Sequence record: OR352953.1
Source: Escherichia phage AV123
Strand: one strand, 5' to 3'
DNA length: 64,000 nt
In this document: one piece after another, positions 28,443-37,853 of the stretch
Position numbering within the stretch: the first letter of the stretch is position 1
Layout of the letters: each line of letters begins with the position of its first letter
Translations under genes and position numbers: made by a program
Notes under the pieces: model-generated
What the model was told of the DNA's origin: nothing
Databases searched by the model: none
What the model saw: only the letters and a program-made list of their open reading frames with translations

Positions 28443-29426
28443 ATGGCAAAGCCACAATACTACCCTGACTGGGCGACACAAACAGTAACCCTCCCAGGAA
28501 CGGGAAACACAAACAAGATTAGACCAAAAGAAACCATCCGTAATGTTGGTATGGACTTTGGTCAGATTATGACTTGTGAAGAAATGAACTGGATCTTAAA
28601 CAATATTGGGTCTTGGATTCGCTATATGCAAGATGAATTCTTCCCAACATTGCCTACTACATATCTTCCTATAGTCGGTACTAAAATTACAATGGCAGGT
28701 GATGCTACAGGTGAAGTTACATGGAATGGTAATGCTGCTGTAACATTATCTATTCAAGTCGTAGATAACAGCCATAATCACTTATCAGCTAATATTACAG
28801 ACGCAACATCAAACCAAGTTGTAGGGAATGTCCTTGTTAAGCGTGATAATGGTGGTGCTATCTATGCAGGTGATATTTACACTTGTGGTACAGGTGCTAC
28901 AGATCCTGCAACATTATTTTTTAGAAACTACAACGGACAAACAGTAGGTAATATGTCCTCTGAACCAGGTGCAGGTGGTCAACTCTATATTTATAGAATG
29001 AACCCATCAACTGGAGGAACATCTTGTGCAGTCCGTTTATATGATGCAGGTTATGTTTTAATAGACAACCCTCGTTCTAATTCTGGTCAAGATACTGGTA
29101 ATGGTAATGCTCTTGTAAGATTAGACTATCTTAACTCCAGACTAAACTCATTGCAAAGCACACTGCAAAATAATATTAACAACGTTAATAGTAACTTGCA
29201 AGGCCAAATTAATAGCATTAACAATAGAGTTTCTTCTGTTGTGTCTGCTATCCGTCTTGGAACACGTATCCAAGCTGGTGTGTCTGAGTCTCGTTTCTAT
29301 GCTGGTCACGTGATCACAGGTTGGGGTTTTGGTGACAAGAAAGAACTTCGTGGTGCTTGGTATTGGTCAGCCCCGCTACAATATTATATTAATGGTAGCT
29401 GGATAACAGTAACCAACGTTTCGTAA
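28443..29426 (+). CDS. tail fibre protein (putative)
   Basis: 327 aa with a heptad-like Asn/Gln-rich segment (LNSRLNSLQSTLQNNINNVNSNLQGQINSINNRVSSV). RBS AAGGAG. Followed by a chaperone-sized gene. Confidence 0.45.
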   Translation: MAKPQYYPDWATQTVTLPGTGNTNKIRPKETIRNVGMDFGQIMTCEEMNWILNNIGSWIRYMQDEFFPTLPTTYLPIVGTKITMAGDATGEVTWNGNAAVTLSIQVVDNSHNHLSANITDATSNQVVGNVLVKRDNGGAIYAGDIYTCGTGATDPATLFFRNYNGQTVGNMSSEPGAGGQLYIYRMNPSTGGTSCAVRLYDAGYVLIDNPRSNSGQDTGNGNALVRLDYLNSRLNSLQSTLQNNINNVNSNLQGQINSINNRVSSVVSAIRLGTRIQAGVSESRFYAGHVITGWGFGDKKELRGAWYWSAPLQYYINGSWITVTNVS

Positions 29427-29435
29427 GGAGAGTCT

Positions 29436-29987
29436 ATGAAAAAAGACGTTATTTTTACAGGTTTTGAATTGTATGAACCAGAATTAACAGAAGAAAATAT
29501 TCTTTATCTTTCTGTTGGTGGTGGTTTTTTGCAAGACAAAGATGGTAATGACTGGTATCAGCTTCAAAAAACTTTGATGGTAGAATATCCCGACGCTTAT
29601 TTTATTACCTTAGATGATAACAATATTGTACGTGGTGCTACTAAAGATGTTACTACCTATTTCCCTGCCGGACAATCTATTTTAGTTACATATAATGTAC
29701 CAGATAAAATAGAAGATGAAAGTAATATTGGCTCTTGGCAATATGTTGAAGGTAAGTTTGTTCCTCACAATAATCTTGCTATTGAAGATGCTACTCTTAG
29801 GTTAGAAAAGGAGCTAACTTGGGCTACGAATCAAGTATCTGCGATTCAAGATTTAGAGGAATTACAAGGTTTATCTGAAGAACAAAAAGATTGGTTAGGA
29901 AAAGTTAAACTCTATCGTGCAACATTAATTCAAATTAACGTTGAAGATGCACCTAATATAACTTGGCCTACAAGACCTAAGAAATAG
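29436..29987 (+). CDS. tail fibre assembly chaperone (putative)
   Basis: 183 aa ORF immediately after the fibre gene, RBS AAGGAGAG. Assignment by position only. Confidence 0.3.
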   Translation: MKKDVIFTGFELYEPELTEENILYLSVGGGFLQDKDGNDWYQLQKTLMVEYPDAYFITLDDNNIVRGATKDVTTYFPAGQSILVTYNVPDKIEDESNIGSWQYVEGKFVPHNNLAIEDATLRLEKELTWATNQVSAIQDLEELQGLSEEQKDWLGKVKLYRATLIQINVEDAPNITWPTRPKK

Positions 29988-29996
29988 GGGCAATGT

Positions 29997-30338
29997 ATGG
30001 AGCTAACAGAAGTATGGGATATCGCTAAAGAGGCGATTATCCCTCTTATTGGCGTAATCTGGGTGGTCTTCAAACAGAAGATAGATGATATGGCAAGTGA
30101 TTTGGATAAAATGGAAGACAAATACCGCGAACTAGAAAAGAAGTTGGTGTTTGTTGAATCCACTTATGCTACCAAAGCAGAACTTGCTCAAATGCTTAAC
30201 CAGATCAACTCTACATTAATGGCAAATAATACTGCCTTAGAACAGAAGATTGAAAAAATAATGGATTTAAAAAATGCTCCTGTTCAATTAATGCTAGAGG
30301 AGATTACAAAGCGCACACAAAGTAAGGACAAAAATTAA
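29997..30338 (+). CDS. membrane-anchored coiled-coil protein (function unknown)
   Basis: 113 aa with N-terminal hydrophobic segment IIPLIGVIWVVF followed by charged coiled-coil-like sequence. Confidence 0.35.
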   Translation: MELTEVWDIAKEAIIPLIGVIWVVFKQKIDDMASDLDKMEDKYRELEKKLVFVESTYATKAELAQMLNQINSTLMANNTALEQKIEKIMDLKNAPVQLMLEEITKRTQSKDKN

Positions 30339-32752
30339 TGGCGAATTTTCCAACATATCCTGCTACGACACTAGAACAAGGTGTTGATCTGGTTATATTC
30401 TCGTCTAACCAGATGCATGATGTTATTAATGGAGATGCTACAGCAACTGTAGAAACCGAAACAGGTTTAATACCTACACTGCGTAAAGCACTTGTTGATA
30501 ACTTCTTCTTTAAGAGTCCTGTTGCTTGGTCAGCAGGATCAACTGAAACTGTATTTAACCAGTTACGTTATTTTGAAAACGGTATCTTGAGTGGGTACTA
30601 TTATGCCCCATCTGCCACTACTGCTAACCCTGTACCTATGCAGGGTACACCTGTAGGAGACAGTAACTGGACTCTGTACGCTCTTAAAACTGAACAGTTA
30701 GCTTCAGATGTGTATCCTTGGTATTTTAAAGGTGCTACAGGATATGAAACAGAAATCAGTCCTCCTTATATCTTTGATAATGCTATTGTCACCATTAACG
30801 GTGTAATTCAGATTCAAGGTGAAGCATTTACTATCAAAGATAGTAAAATTATTCTGGCAGAACCATTAGGTTTAGATCCGTCTACTGGTCTACCTAACAA
30901 ATTGTTTGCTTTTATTGGTAAAACAACAGCCTCTACTTCCTACGTAGAGAAAAACCTTTTGTCATCTACCACTGGTGCAGCAATGATTGGTCTTCCATCT
31001 GGAGGCAACCTGTTACAAGCTCAATACTTTGTAACGCCTGAGCAGTTTGGTGCAATTGGTGATGGAGTTACCGATGATACTCAAGCAATTTTAAAAACTA
31101 TTACTTTCGCTAACACGAATAACATTCAAGTACGTGCAGATAAGAATTATAGATTCACAAGCTCAATTGCTATGTCTGGTATTCGTTGGTATGGTGGTAC
31201 ATTCACTGGTAACGGTGGAACAATGATTTCTACTGTGTCCTGTTGGATGGAAAACGTTCGCTTTGAAAAATGTTATGTTAAGATGTTAGGTGGTGATTGC
31301 CGATTCTATCGTAATATCTTCTCCAACGCAACATCTACAGCAGCATTCTTAATGCAAGCAATGACAAGTGAAGGTACGTTGGACTTCAGTTACAACGAAA
31401 TGTATGGTTGTAAATATGCGATCCTGCAACAAGGTACTGGAGAAGTAATGACCTACGGGCGTTACTCTAACAACTATATTCACGATATTAAAGGTGATGC
31501 TATTGAACTTAACGTAGTTCAAAAACACTACACTGAAGGTTTGATTATCGAGAATAACCACATTGCTAACGTAGATGCTTCTGGACAAGGTGCAAACTGG
31601 GGTATTGGTATTGGTGTAGCAGGTAGTGGCCCATATGGTGTTGATGTTCCTGATTCACAATATGTACGTAATTTCAGTATCGTTGGGAATAGGGTTTACA
31701 ATTGCCGTCAATGTTTACACGTTGAAATGGGTAAAAACTTCACAATACGTGATAATGAAGTTTATCCTAACACAGCAGTTTCAACAGGTACAGGTTTAAC
31801 TACTTGTGGTGTTGCATTATACGGATGCCAAGATTTTGAAGTTGATGGTTTAACTGGTTATCTGCTTAATGATCCATCTGTTTCAACACGCATGGTCTTT
31901 ATTGACTGGGGTGTTAACAGTGGAAGATATGCGGGGCCACCAATTAACTTTACAATTAAGAATTTGGATATTCCAGAATCTTCAATTGAGATTGCAACAT
32001 CTGGATCAGATGACTGGGAAAACTCTACAATTGTTAGTAATATCAATTGTAATGTTTTTAAATGGCGTGGGCTACCATCTAGCTCTACCTTTAATAATAT
32101 TCGTTGCCGTAGTATTGACTTTATTGGTCAACACGGAAGCGGAGAAGGAAGTGGTGGCGGTTTCTATACTCGCAGCCAATTCACGTATATGAAGTGGGTA
32201 GGATGTACAGCACTTAGCGGAGATGAAACAACAGTTTCTTTTGCTAAAATCTACACTGATCGTTGCGATCAGGTTGGAAATAACTTTGGTGTTCCAACTG
32301 CTGTTGATGGAACAGGTCATCGTGGGCCAGTTTTAACTACTATTTCTGAACAATATTTTACAACTTATGATGAATTCCCAGGTGGGCGTGAATTCCCTAC
32401 TGGAACAGTTATTCATTGTGCAAGCGGTAAAAAACATGTTGTTACAGTAGGTGGTGCTTTCTTTAGTGCCAACGAGAAAATAAAAGCAACTGTTACAGGT
32501 CAAACCTATCTACAGTCTAATGCTTTAAACTGGGCTAGTAATGGCTACGCTAAAGCAGCAGGTACTAAGATTGTTATTCCAGGTGCAGGTGCAAATGGCG
32601 GCGATCTTGTGACAACTATAGCACGTGCTACATATGTGACAAATAGTTTGTACACAATAGATATTGCAGATCCAATTGTAACACCTACAGCAGAGAATAC
32701 ACAAATTAAAGCTCTGAACCCTGTTACTTTTGTTACTGTCAATAATGCTTAA
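30338..32752 (+). CDS. tailspike protein with pectate-lyase-like beta-helix (putative polysaccharide depolymerase)
   Basis: 804 aa containing FGAIGDGVTDDTQAILKTI (pectate-lyase-3 type hallmark) and downstream repeats typical of beta-helix rungs. Confidence 0.65.
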   Translation: MANFPTYPATTLEQGVDLVIFSSNQMHDVINGDATATVETETGLIPTLRKALVDNFFFKSPVAWSAGSTETVFNQLRYFENGILSGYYYAPSATTANPVPMQGTPVGDSNWTLYALKTEQLASDVYPWYFKGATGYETEISPPYIFDNAIVTINGVIQIQGEAFTIKDSKIILAEPLGLDPSTGLPNKLFAFIGKTTASTSYVEKNLLSSTTGAAMIGLPSGGNLLQAQYFVTPEQFGAIGDGVTDDTQAILKTITFANTNNIQVRADKNYRFTSSIAMSGIRWYGGTFTGNGGTMISTVSCWMENVRFEKCYVKMLGGDCRFYRNIFSNATSTAAFLMQAMTSEGTLDFSYNEMYGCKYAILQQGTGEVMTYGRYSNNYIHDIKGDAIELNVVQKHYTEGLIIENNHIANVDASGQGANWGIGIGVAGSGPYGVDVPDSQYVRNFSIVGNRVYNCRQCLHVEMGKNFTIRDNEVYPNTAVSTGTGLTTCGVALYGCQDFEVDGLTGYLLNDPSVSTRMVFIDWGVNSGRYAGPPINFTIKNLDIPESSIEIATSGSDDWENSTIVSNINCNVFKWRGLPSSSTFNNIRCRSIDFIGQHGSGEGSGGGFYTRSQFTYMKWVGCTALSGDETTVSFAKIYTDRCDQVGNNFGVPTAVDGTGHRGPVLTTISEQYFTTYDEFPGGREFPTGTVIHCASGKKHVVTVGGAFFSANEKIKATVTGQTYLQSNALNWASNGYAKAAGTKIVIPGAGANGGDLVTTIARATYVTNSLYTIDIADPIVTPTAENTQIKALNPVTFVTVNNA

Positions 32753-32758
32753 TTAAAA

Positions 32759-32780
32759 AGGGGCGAAAGCCCCTTTATAA
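32759..32780 (+). terminator. terminator-like hairpin
   Basis: AGGGGC-gaaa-GCCCCT followed by TTAT. Confidence 0.45.
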
Positions 32781-32793
32781 AAGGAGTAGTAAA

Positions 32794-34755
32794 GTGATTT
32801 TAACACGTCCAAATAGTGCCATTGCAGACATGGTAGAGTCTCGCTATAGAAAGCGTAGAAGTTTTGCAAGTGGTTTTACCTTAAGAGATGCTCGTGAAGC
32901 ATTGCTCTTTGAAACTGACGGTAACTACTATCAGTGGAAAGGTTCTCTACCTAAAGTTGTACCTGCTAACTCTACTCCTACATCTACTGGAGGGATTTCA
33001 GATACAGCTTGGAAAAATGTGGGTAATGCAGATGACATTGCTCAAATAGAATCAGAATTAGATGCTATTGAAGCTGAAATTGAAGATCTTAGAGAATCCA
33101 TTCCAGAAGCTGGTAAATCAGCTTACCAGATTGCCGTAGACAATGGTTTCCAAGGTACTGAGACAGAGTGGTTGGCTTCTTTAAAAGGTGATCCAGGTGC
33201 TCCATTAAAGCTGCTAGGGACGCTATCTAATACCAACCAATTACCTACAACTGGAAACAATGCAGGAGATGCATGGATTGTAGGCGAGAATATGTATGCT
33301 TGGGATGGTACTGCTTGGAGAAAAGTAAACTCACAGGGGCCAGAAGGTAAATCGGCTTATCAAGTTTGGCTTGCAGCAGGAAACCAAGGTACAGAACTAG
33401 ATTATCTTGCTTCAATTAAAGGTGATAAAGGGGAGCCTGGCCCAGAGGGGCCACAAGGTGTACCAGGTAACAATGCTAATGGTTTTGATTACCAAGGTGC
33501 AGCTAATTCCGTTTCAGATCTTCCTTCTGCATCTCCTGGAAACACATCTCAAGCATGGAATATTGGTACATATCTATACGTGTCAAACGGTGTAGAATGG
33601 ATCAATATGGGCGCTATAGTGGGGCCAAAAGGAGATAAAGGCGACAAAGGAGATAAGGGTAACACTGGTGATTCAGCTTATCAAGTCTGGTTAAACGCTG
33701 GTAACGTTGGTACTATTGACGAATATATTGCCTCTCTGAAAGGAGAAAAAGGTGATAAGGGAGATAAGGGTGATCAAGGTGAGCAGGGTATACAAGGCTT
33801 GACGGGGCCAACTGGTGCAGGGTTGACCATTATTGATATTCTGACTGACACTTCTGAACTACCACAAACTGGAGAAGATGGTGATGGTTATCTGATCAAT
33901 AATGAACTTTGGGTTTGGTTGCAAGGAGCCACACAGTGGACAAATGTTGGTCGTTTAGCTGGTACTCCAATCACTGCAAAAGGACACGTTGCGTCTGCAA
34001 GTGCACTTCCTCCTACATCCAATTACGGTGATGCTTATTTGACGGAAGATACAGGTCATCTTTACATTTACACCTATGATGAACAAACTCAAACTGCTGA
34101 ATATGTAGATATGGGTAGTTTGAAAGGTGATAAGGGTGAGAAAGGTGACGCTGGTACTAACGGTACAGACGGTGCTACTTGGATTGTTAAAACAACAGAT
34201 CCAATCTCTAGTGATGGTAAACAAGGTGATTATGCCTTTAATATCTCCACTGGCGAGGTGTTCTTAAAAACATCTGCAACTGTCTGGACTTCTCAAGGTA
34301 CACTACCTAGCATCACAGATGCACCTAGTGACGGTAAGATCTATGCTCGTAAAGATGGAGCATGGGAAGAACTAACTAGTTCTGTAGATGGTCAAGATAT
34401 AGTTCCAACAAAAGTAACAGCTAATTTTATAGAGGTTACAGCATACACCAACAACTCTGTTACAGGGGACTGGACACCTCCAGGAACACATAACATGAAT
34501 GTGTTGAATCTTACTGGTAACTCTACTATAAAAGCATGGCCTGGTGTCGAAGATAGCACAAAACCTAAACCATTCTCTGCAATAGTTTATCTTATCCAAG
34601 ATGCCACTGGGGGTCATACTGTTACTTTAGATCCATCTTACAAAGTAATTGGTTCTAGTGATATTAATACAGATCCTAACGGAGTAACAATACTACAACT
34701 AACATATTGTGGTGTTGGTGATTACGTGGATGCTATTGTTGCTAAACGCACATAA
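32794..34755 (+). CDS. tail fibre protein with collagen-like Gly-X-Y repeats and three tandem modules
   Basis: 653 aa, GTG start with AAGGAG RBS. G-X-Y runs (GDKGEPGPEGPQGVPG; GPKGDKGDKGDKGNTGD; GEKGDKGDKGDQGEQGIQGLTGPTG; GDKGEKGDAGTNGTDG). A threefold repeated module (KSAYQ..G.QGTE..WLASLKGD..; LPTTG..GDAW). Confidence 0.6.
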   Translation: MILTRPNSAIADMVESRYRKRRSFASGFTLRDAREALLFETDGNYYQWKGSLPKVVPANSTPTSTGGISDTAWKNVGNADDIAQIESELDAIEAEIEDLRESIPEAGKSAYQIAVDNGFQGTETEWLASLKGDPGAPLKLLGTLSNTNQLPTTGNNAGDAWIVGENMYAWDGTAWRKVNSQGPEGKSAYQVWLAAGNQGTELDYLASIKGDKGEPGPEGPQGVPGNNANGFDYQGAANSVSDLPSASPGNTSQAWNIGTYLYVSNGVEWINMGAIVGPKGDKGDKGDKGNTGDSAYQVWLNAGNVGTIDEYIASLKGEKGDKGDKGDQGEQGIQGLTGPTGAGLTIIDILTDTSELPQTGEDGDGYLINNELWVWLQGATQWTNVGRLAGTPITAKGHVASASALPPTSNYGDAYLTEDTGHLYIYTYDEQTQTAEYVDMGSLKGDKGEKGDAGTNGTDGATWIVKTTDPISSDGKQGDYAFNISTGEVFLKTSATVWTSQGTLPSITDAPSDGKIYARKDGAWEELTSSVDGQDIVPTKVTANFIEVTAYTNNSVTGDWTPPGTHNMNVLNLTGNSTIKAWPGVEDSTKPKPFSAIVYLIQDATGGHTVTLDPSYKVIGSSDINTDPNGVTILQLTYCGVGDYVDAIVAKRT

Positions 34756-34757
34756 TC

Positions 34758-34783
34758 AAAGCCCCTTCGGGGGCTTATTGTTT
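34758..34783 (+). terminator. rho-independent terminator
   Basis: AGCCCC-ttcg-GGGGCT followed by TATTGTTT. Confidence 0.55.
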
Positions 34784-34794
34784 AAGGAGATTAA

Positions 34795-36681
34795 ATGTAT
34801 CCTATTCCTTTATTTATGTCAACAACATCAGCTTCAGTAGTAACAGCTACATCTATAACTACTTCCTCTATTGGTATTGCAATAGTTGGTGGTAAAAAAC
34901 AACTGACATACACAGTTACACCGGAAGATGGTGCATTATTTGATATAGCTTTTTCATCTTCAGATGATACCAAAATGGTTATAGATAATAATGGTATGAT
35001 GGAGTTTGTTGCCGAAGGTGGTTTTGATGCAATAATGACAGCTAAAAATAATTTAGGTGCTGTCTTAACTGATCAATCTGGTGGTTATGCTTCAGAATTA
35101 AGTGTGTACACTGAAAGTCTATCGGCTATGGATGTAGGCACTACTCAACAGTTGGTTGCTACAATCCGTCCAGAAGGTGCTAAAGACCTTCCAGACATGG
35201 TAATTACATACACCACAACAGATCCAGAAGTAGCTACTGTAAGCTCTACAGGATTAATAACTGCTCTTAAAGATGGCAATTGCCGTATAGGTTGTACTGC
35301 AACGTATCAAGGAACAGTTGTGGCCTCTGATAGTTCTTATTTAGGTGTTAATGCTATTCCTGTTATTTCTAATGTAACAGCCGTGGCAAACAGTTATGGA
35401 GACGTTCGTGTTGCTTGGGATGTAACTGATCCGCTAGATGGTGATACTTATACTGTAGAAGTATTAGATTTAAGTGATAATAGTGTCCAGTGGACTACAA
35501 CAACCACAAATACTTACGCCTACTTTGATATCTCTGACTCTATTCCTCTTTATGGGTTTGCTCCAACATACCTTAAAATTAGCGTTAAGAGCACCAAAGC
35601 AGCAGCCGTTATCTTTAATAGCTCAATAGCTACAGATGATTCATTCATTAAAGAAGTTATTGTCTTTGCTGGACAAGATAACGTAAATGCACACTTTACA
35701 GAACTATCTGGCGCAAATAAAGCAGCAATGAGTAGCACAACAGCCCGTAATGCATATGCTACGCAACGTGGTTTAGCAAATGCTGAAGTTCTTCCGTTAA
35801 ATGCAGCTTCTGGATCATCAGCAGCAGATAAATATGCAGATGATAAAGCCGGAACAGGAACGCCAGACAACTACTGGTATGATCTGGATAACACAGCAGA
35901 TGGGCCATGCTTAACTAACTTTATCACTAAAGTCACACCTTATGCAAGTAAGGTTAAAGCAATTATTTGGGGACAAGGTGAAAATGATGCTGTATCAGCA
36001 TCTTCGACTGTTGCAGGTAGGTACAGTAACACTACACGTTACCATGATGCTACGATAGCTATCTTTGATAAGATGCGTACAATAGTTCCTGCTTCTCAAG
36101 CAAAAATTGTTTGGCAGATCCTAGGACGTTCTTATTTATATGGTGTAGAAGTTAATGGTGTGGATTGGCAGAAGTACAGAAATGTACAAAGAACCATCTC
36201 TACAGCACGTGATGATGTTATCATTGGTTCTTGGGTAGATGGTGCTGAACGTTACAGTGGTTATGTTTATGAAGAAGGTATTGATGGTCGTATCCATTAT
36301 ATTTCTTCTGTATACCAAACAGCAGCTACAAAACTTGCTAAATCGGCAGCAGACGGTACAGACTTAACATCAGCGTCACCTGTTTGGGTTGATATGTCTG
36401 TTCCAACAGGAGGAGCCGCTGTAAGACAAGCTAACCAAGATGCAATTATCTCTTGGGAACCAGCAGGATATACTAAACATTACTTCCGAAATGTAAACGT
36501 CCTCACAGCAGCAATTCTTACAGAACAAACCCTGGATACTAACACTTACACATTTACTTATGCAGATCAGGTTGAACAATATGGATTTGCAGCAGGTACA
36601 ACAGCGTTTGATGTTGCACACTATGATGCTGATAATGACGTGTTATCACCTCTTGTCAGATTTACAGTCAATGTTACATAA
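34795..36681 (+). CDS. virion-associated protein with Ig-like (Big_2-type) domains and a C-terminal SASA/SGNH-like esterase-like domain
   Basis: Big_2-like segments (e.g. TTQQLVATIRPEGAKDLPDMVITYTTTDPEVATVSSTGLITALKDGNCRIGCTA). C-terminal motifs FAGQDNVNAHF and IIWGQGENDA resemble the GQSN and WYQGESN motifs of sialate-O-acetylesterase-like enzymes, but the usual Ser is Asp here. Confidence 0.4.
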   Translation: MYPIPLFMSTTSASVVTATSITTSSIGIAIVGGKKQLTYTVTPEDGALFDIAFSSSDDTKMVIDNNGMMEFVAEGGFDAIMTAKNNLGAVLTDQSGGYASELSVYTESLSAMDVGTTQQLVATIRPEGAKDLPDMVITYTTTDPEVATVSSTGLITALKDGNCRIGCTATYQGTVVASDSSYLGVNAIPVISNVTAVANSYGDVRVAWDVTDPLDGDTYTVEVLDLSDNSVQWTTTTTNTYAYFDISDSIPLYGFAPTYLKISVKSTKAAAVIFNSSIATDDSFIKEVIVFAGQDNVNAHFTELSGANKAAMSSTTARNAYATQRGLANAEVLPLNAASGSSAADKYADDKAGTGTPDNYWYDLDNTADGPCLTNFITKVTPYASKVKAIIWGQGENDAVSASSTVAGRYSNTTRYHDATIAIFDKMRTIVPASQAKIVWQILGRSYLYGVEVNGVDWQKYRNVQRTISTARDDVIIGSWVDGAERYSGYVYEEGIDGRIHYISSVYQTAATKLAKSAADGTDLTSASPVWVDMSVPTGGAAVRQANQDAIISWEPAGYTKHYFRNVNVLTAAILTEQTLDTNTYTFTYADQVEQYGFAAGTTAFDVAHYDADNDVLSPLVRFTVNVT

Positions 36682-36683
36682 AC

Positions 36684-36712
36684 AAAAAGGAGCCTATTGG
36701 CTCCTTTTCTTT
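36684..36712. terminator. bidirectional intrinsic terminator at the strand-switch point
   Basis: AAAAGGAGCC-tatt-GGCTCCTTTTCTTTT between convergent genes; A-run on one side and T-run on the other. Confidence 0.6.
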
Positions 36713-36716
36713 TATC

Positions 36717-37148
36717 TTAATCAGTGAAAATTACGCTTACATCTTCTTTAGAGAAGAGTTTATGATCTTCACCTTTTGTCTCAAGAGTTTCATACAGGTT
36801 AAGAAGTTCTGAAACATCCTTCTCTACCAGTTTCTTCAATGTTGCAATTTTCTGTTTGCGATTCTTAATACGTTCAGCTACAACCTTACGTTGGTATCCG
36901 GCAGTACGATAACCTGAGAAAGTTACACCAGTGAGACTTGCAGTTACAGGATCGTAATGACGTTCAATCTGAAATTTATTAAAAGGTACAGCGTCATCAC
37001 GAATAATCTTACCGCCATTACTTACTTGACGAAGACCAGTAACTTGTTCCAGTCGTGCCATAGAAATCTTTGGAGACAGACCAGAGTCCAGGTTCATACC
37101 GTTGTTAATCAGTGCTTTCAGGGTGATTTTGCTGTTCAGTGTACTCAT
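36717..37148 (-). CDS. hypothetical protein
   Basis: 143 aa ORF. Start at 37148 is preceded by GGAGG and overlaps the 3' end of the methyltransferase gene by 44 nt. Confidence 0.4.
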   Translation of the reverse strand: MSTLNSKITLKALINNGMNLDSGLSPKISMARLEQVTGLRQVSNGGKIIRDDAVPFNKFQIERHYDPVTASLTGVTFSGYRTAGYQRKVVAERIKNRKQKIATLKKLVEKDVSELLNLYETLETKGEDHKLFSKEDVSVIFTD

Positions 37149-37836
37149 TTAGTCGTTCCTCCGCTTGCTTAAAAATATTTACATCGGCTTCACAGCCTAA
37201 GTATTCTCTACCTGTTAAAAGTGCCGCAACTTGTGTTGTTGCACTTCCAGAGAAGAAGTCTAAGACTACATCTCCTTCGTTGGTGTGTATATTAATAAGG
37301 TCACAAAACAAAGTCAAGTGCTTTTGTGTTGGATGAAAACGATCTGCTCCTTGATAGATAGGATACTCAAACACACCCTTATGGTAGGAAGCATTGAAGG
37401 TTGGCTTCGAACCTTTAACACAAACAATAGCCATCTCTTTAGCGTTACTAAGGTAGTTAACACCACTGTTGATGGGTACAGGGTTTGTTTTAATCCATTC
37501 AATAGTACGGAACATACGAAAACCAAGCGGTTCAAGGATTTCACGTAGCTCCTGGATCTTCCAGATATCATACCAAACTATGCAAGTACCACCTTTTCTA
37601 AGCACCCTATAGGCTTCTTTGAATACTTCTTTAAAGTAAGGAATATCTACAACATCCCAATCACCAAAGTTGTAAGATACACGGAATCTATCTGTATCTT
37701 TTCCAGTAGGCTCTCCAGATTGAAAATTTGTATCACGAGAAATAGCATATGGTGGGTCAGTAAGAATCAAATCTACACTGTTGCTTTCGAGGGTTTGCAG
37801 GTAGTTTAATGCGGTGTTGTTTACAAATTCGCTCAT
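37105..37836 (-). CDS. DNA methyltransferase, beta-class (N6-adenine or N4-cytosine)
   Basis: Motif IV LILTDPPYAIS precedes motif I VVLDFFSGSATT (order IV then I is typical of beta-class amino-MTases). RBS AAGGAGA. No adjacent restriction endonuclease recognised. Confidence 0.75.
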   Translation of the reverse strand: MSEFVNNTALNYLQTLESNSVDLILTDPPYAISRDTNFQSGEPTGKDTDRFRVSYNFGDWDVVDIPYFKEVFKEAYRVLRKGGTCIVWYDIWKIQELREILEPLGFRMFRTIEWIKTNPVPINSGVNYLSNAKEMAIVCVKGSKPTFNASYHKGVFEYPIYQGADRFHPTQKHLTLFCDLINIHTNEGDVVLDFFSGSATTQVAALLTGREYLGCEADVNIFKQAEERLNEYTEQQNHPESTD

Positions 37837-37853
37837 TATATCTCCTTCAAAGA

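Noticed and set aside
33620-33815. Short tandem DNA repeats (GGAGATAAAGGCGACAAAGGAGATAAGGGT and similar) that might look like a repeat array
   Set aside because: They are in-frame Gly-Asp-Lys codon triplets of collagen-like tracts inside a long ORF, without spacer/repeat periodicity of 25-40 bp. Not a CRISPR array.
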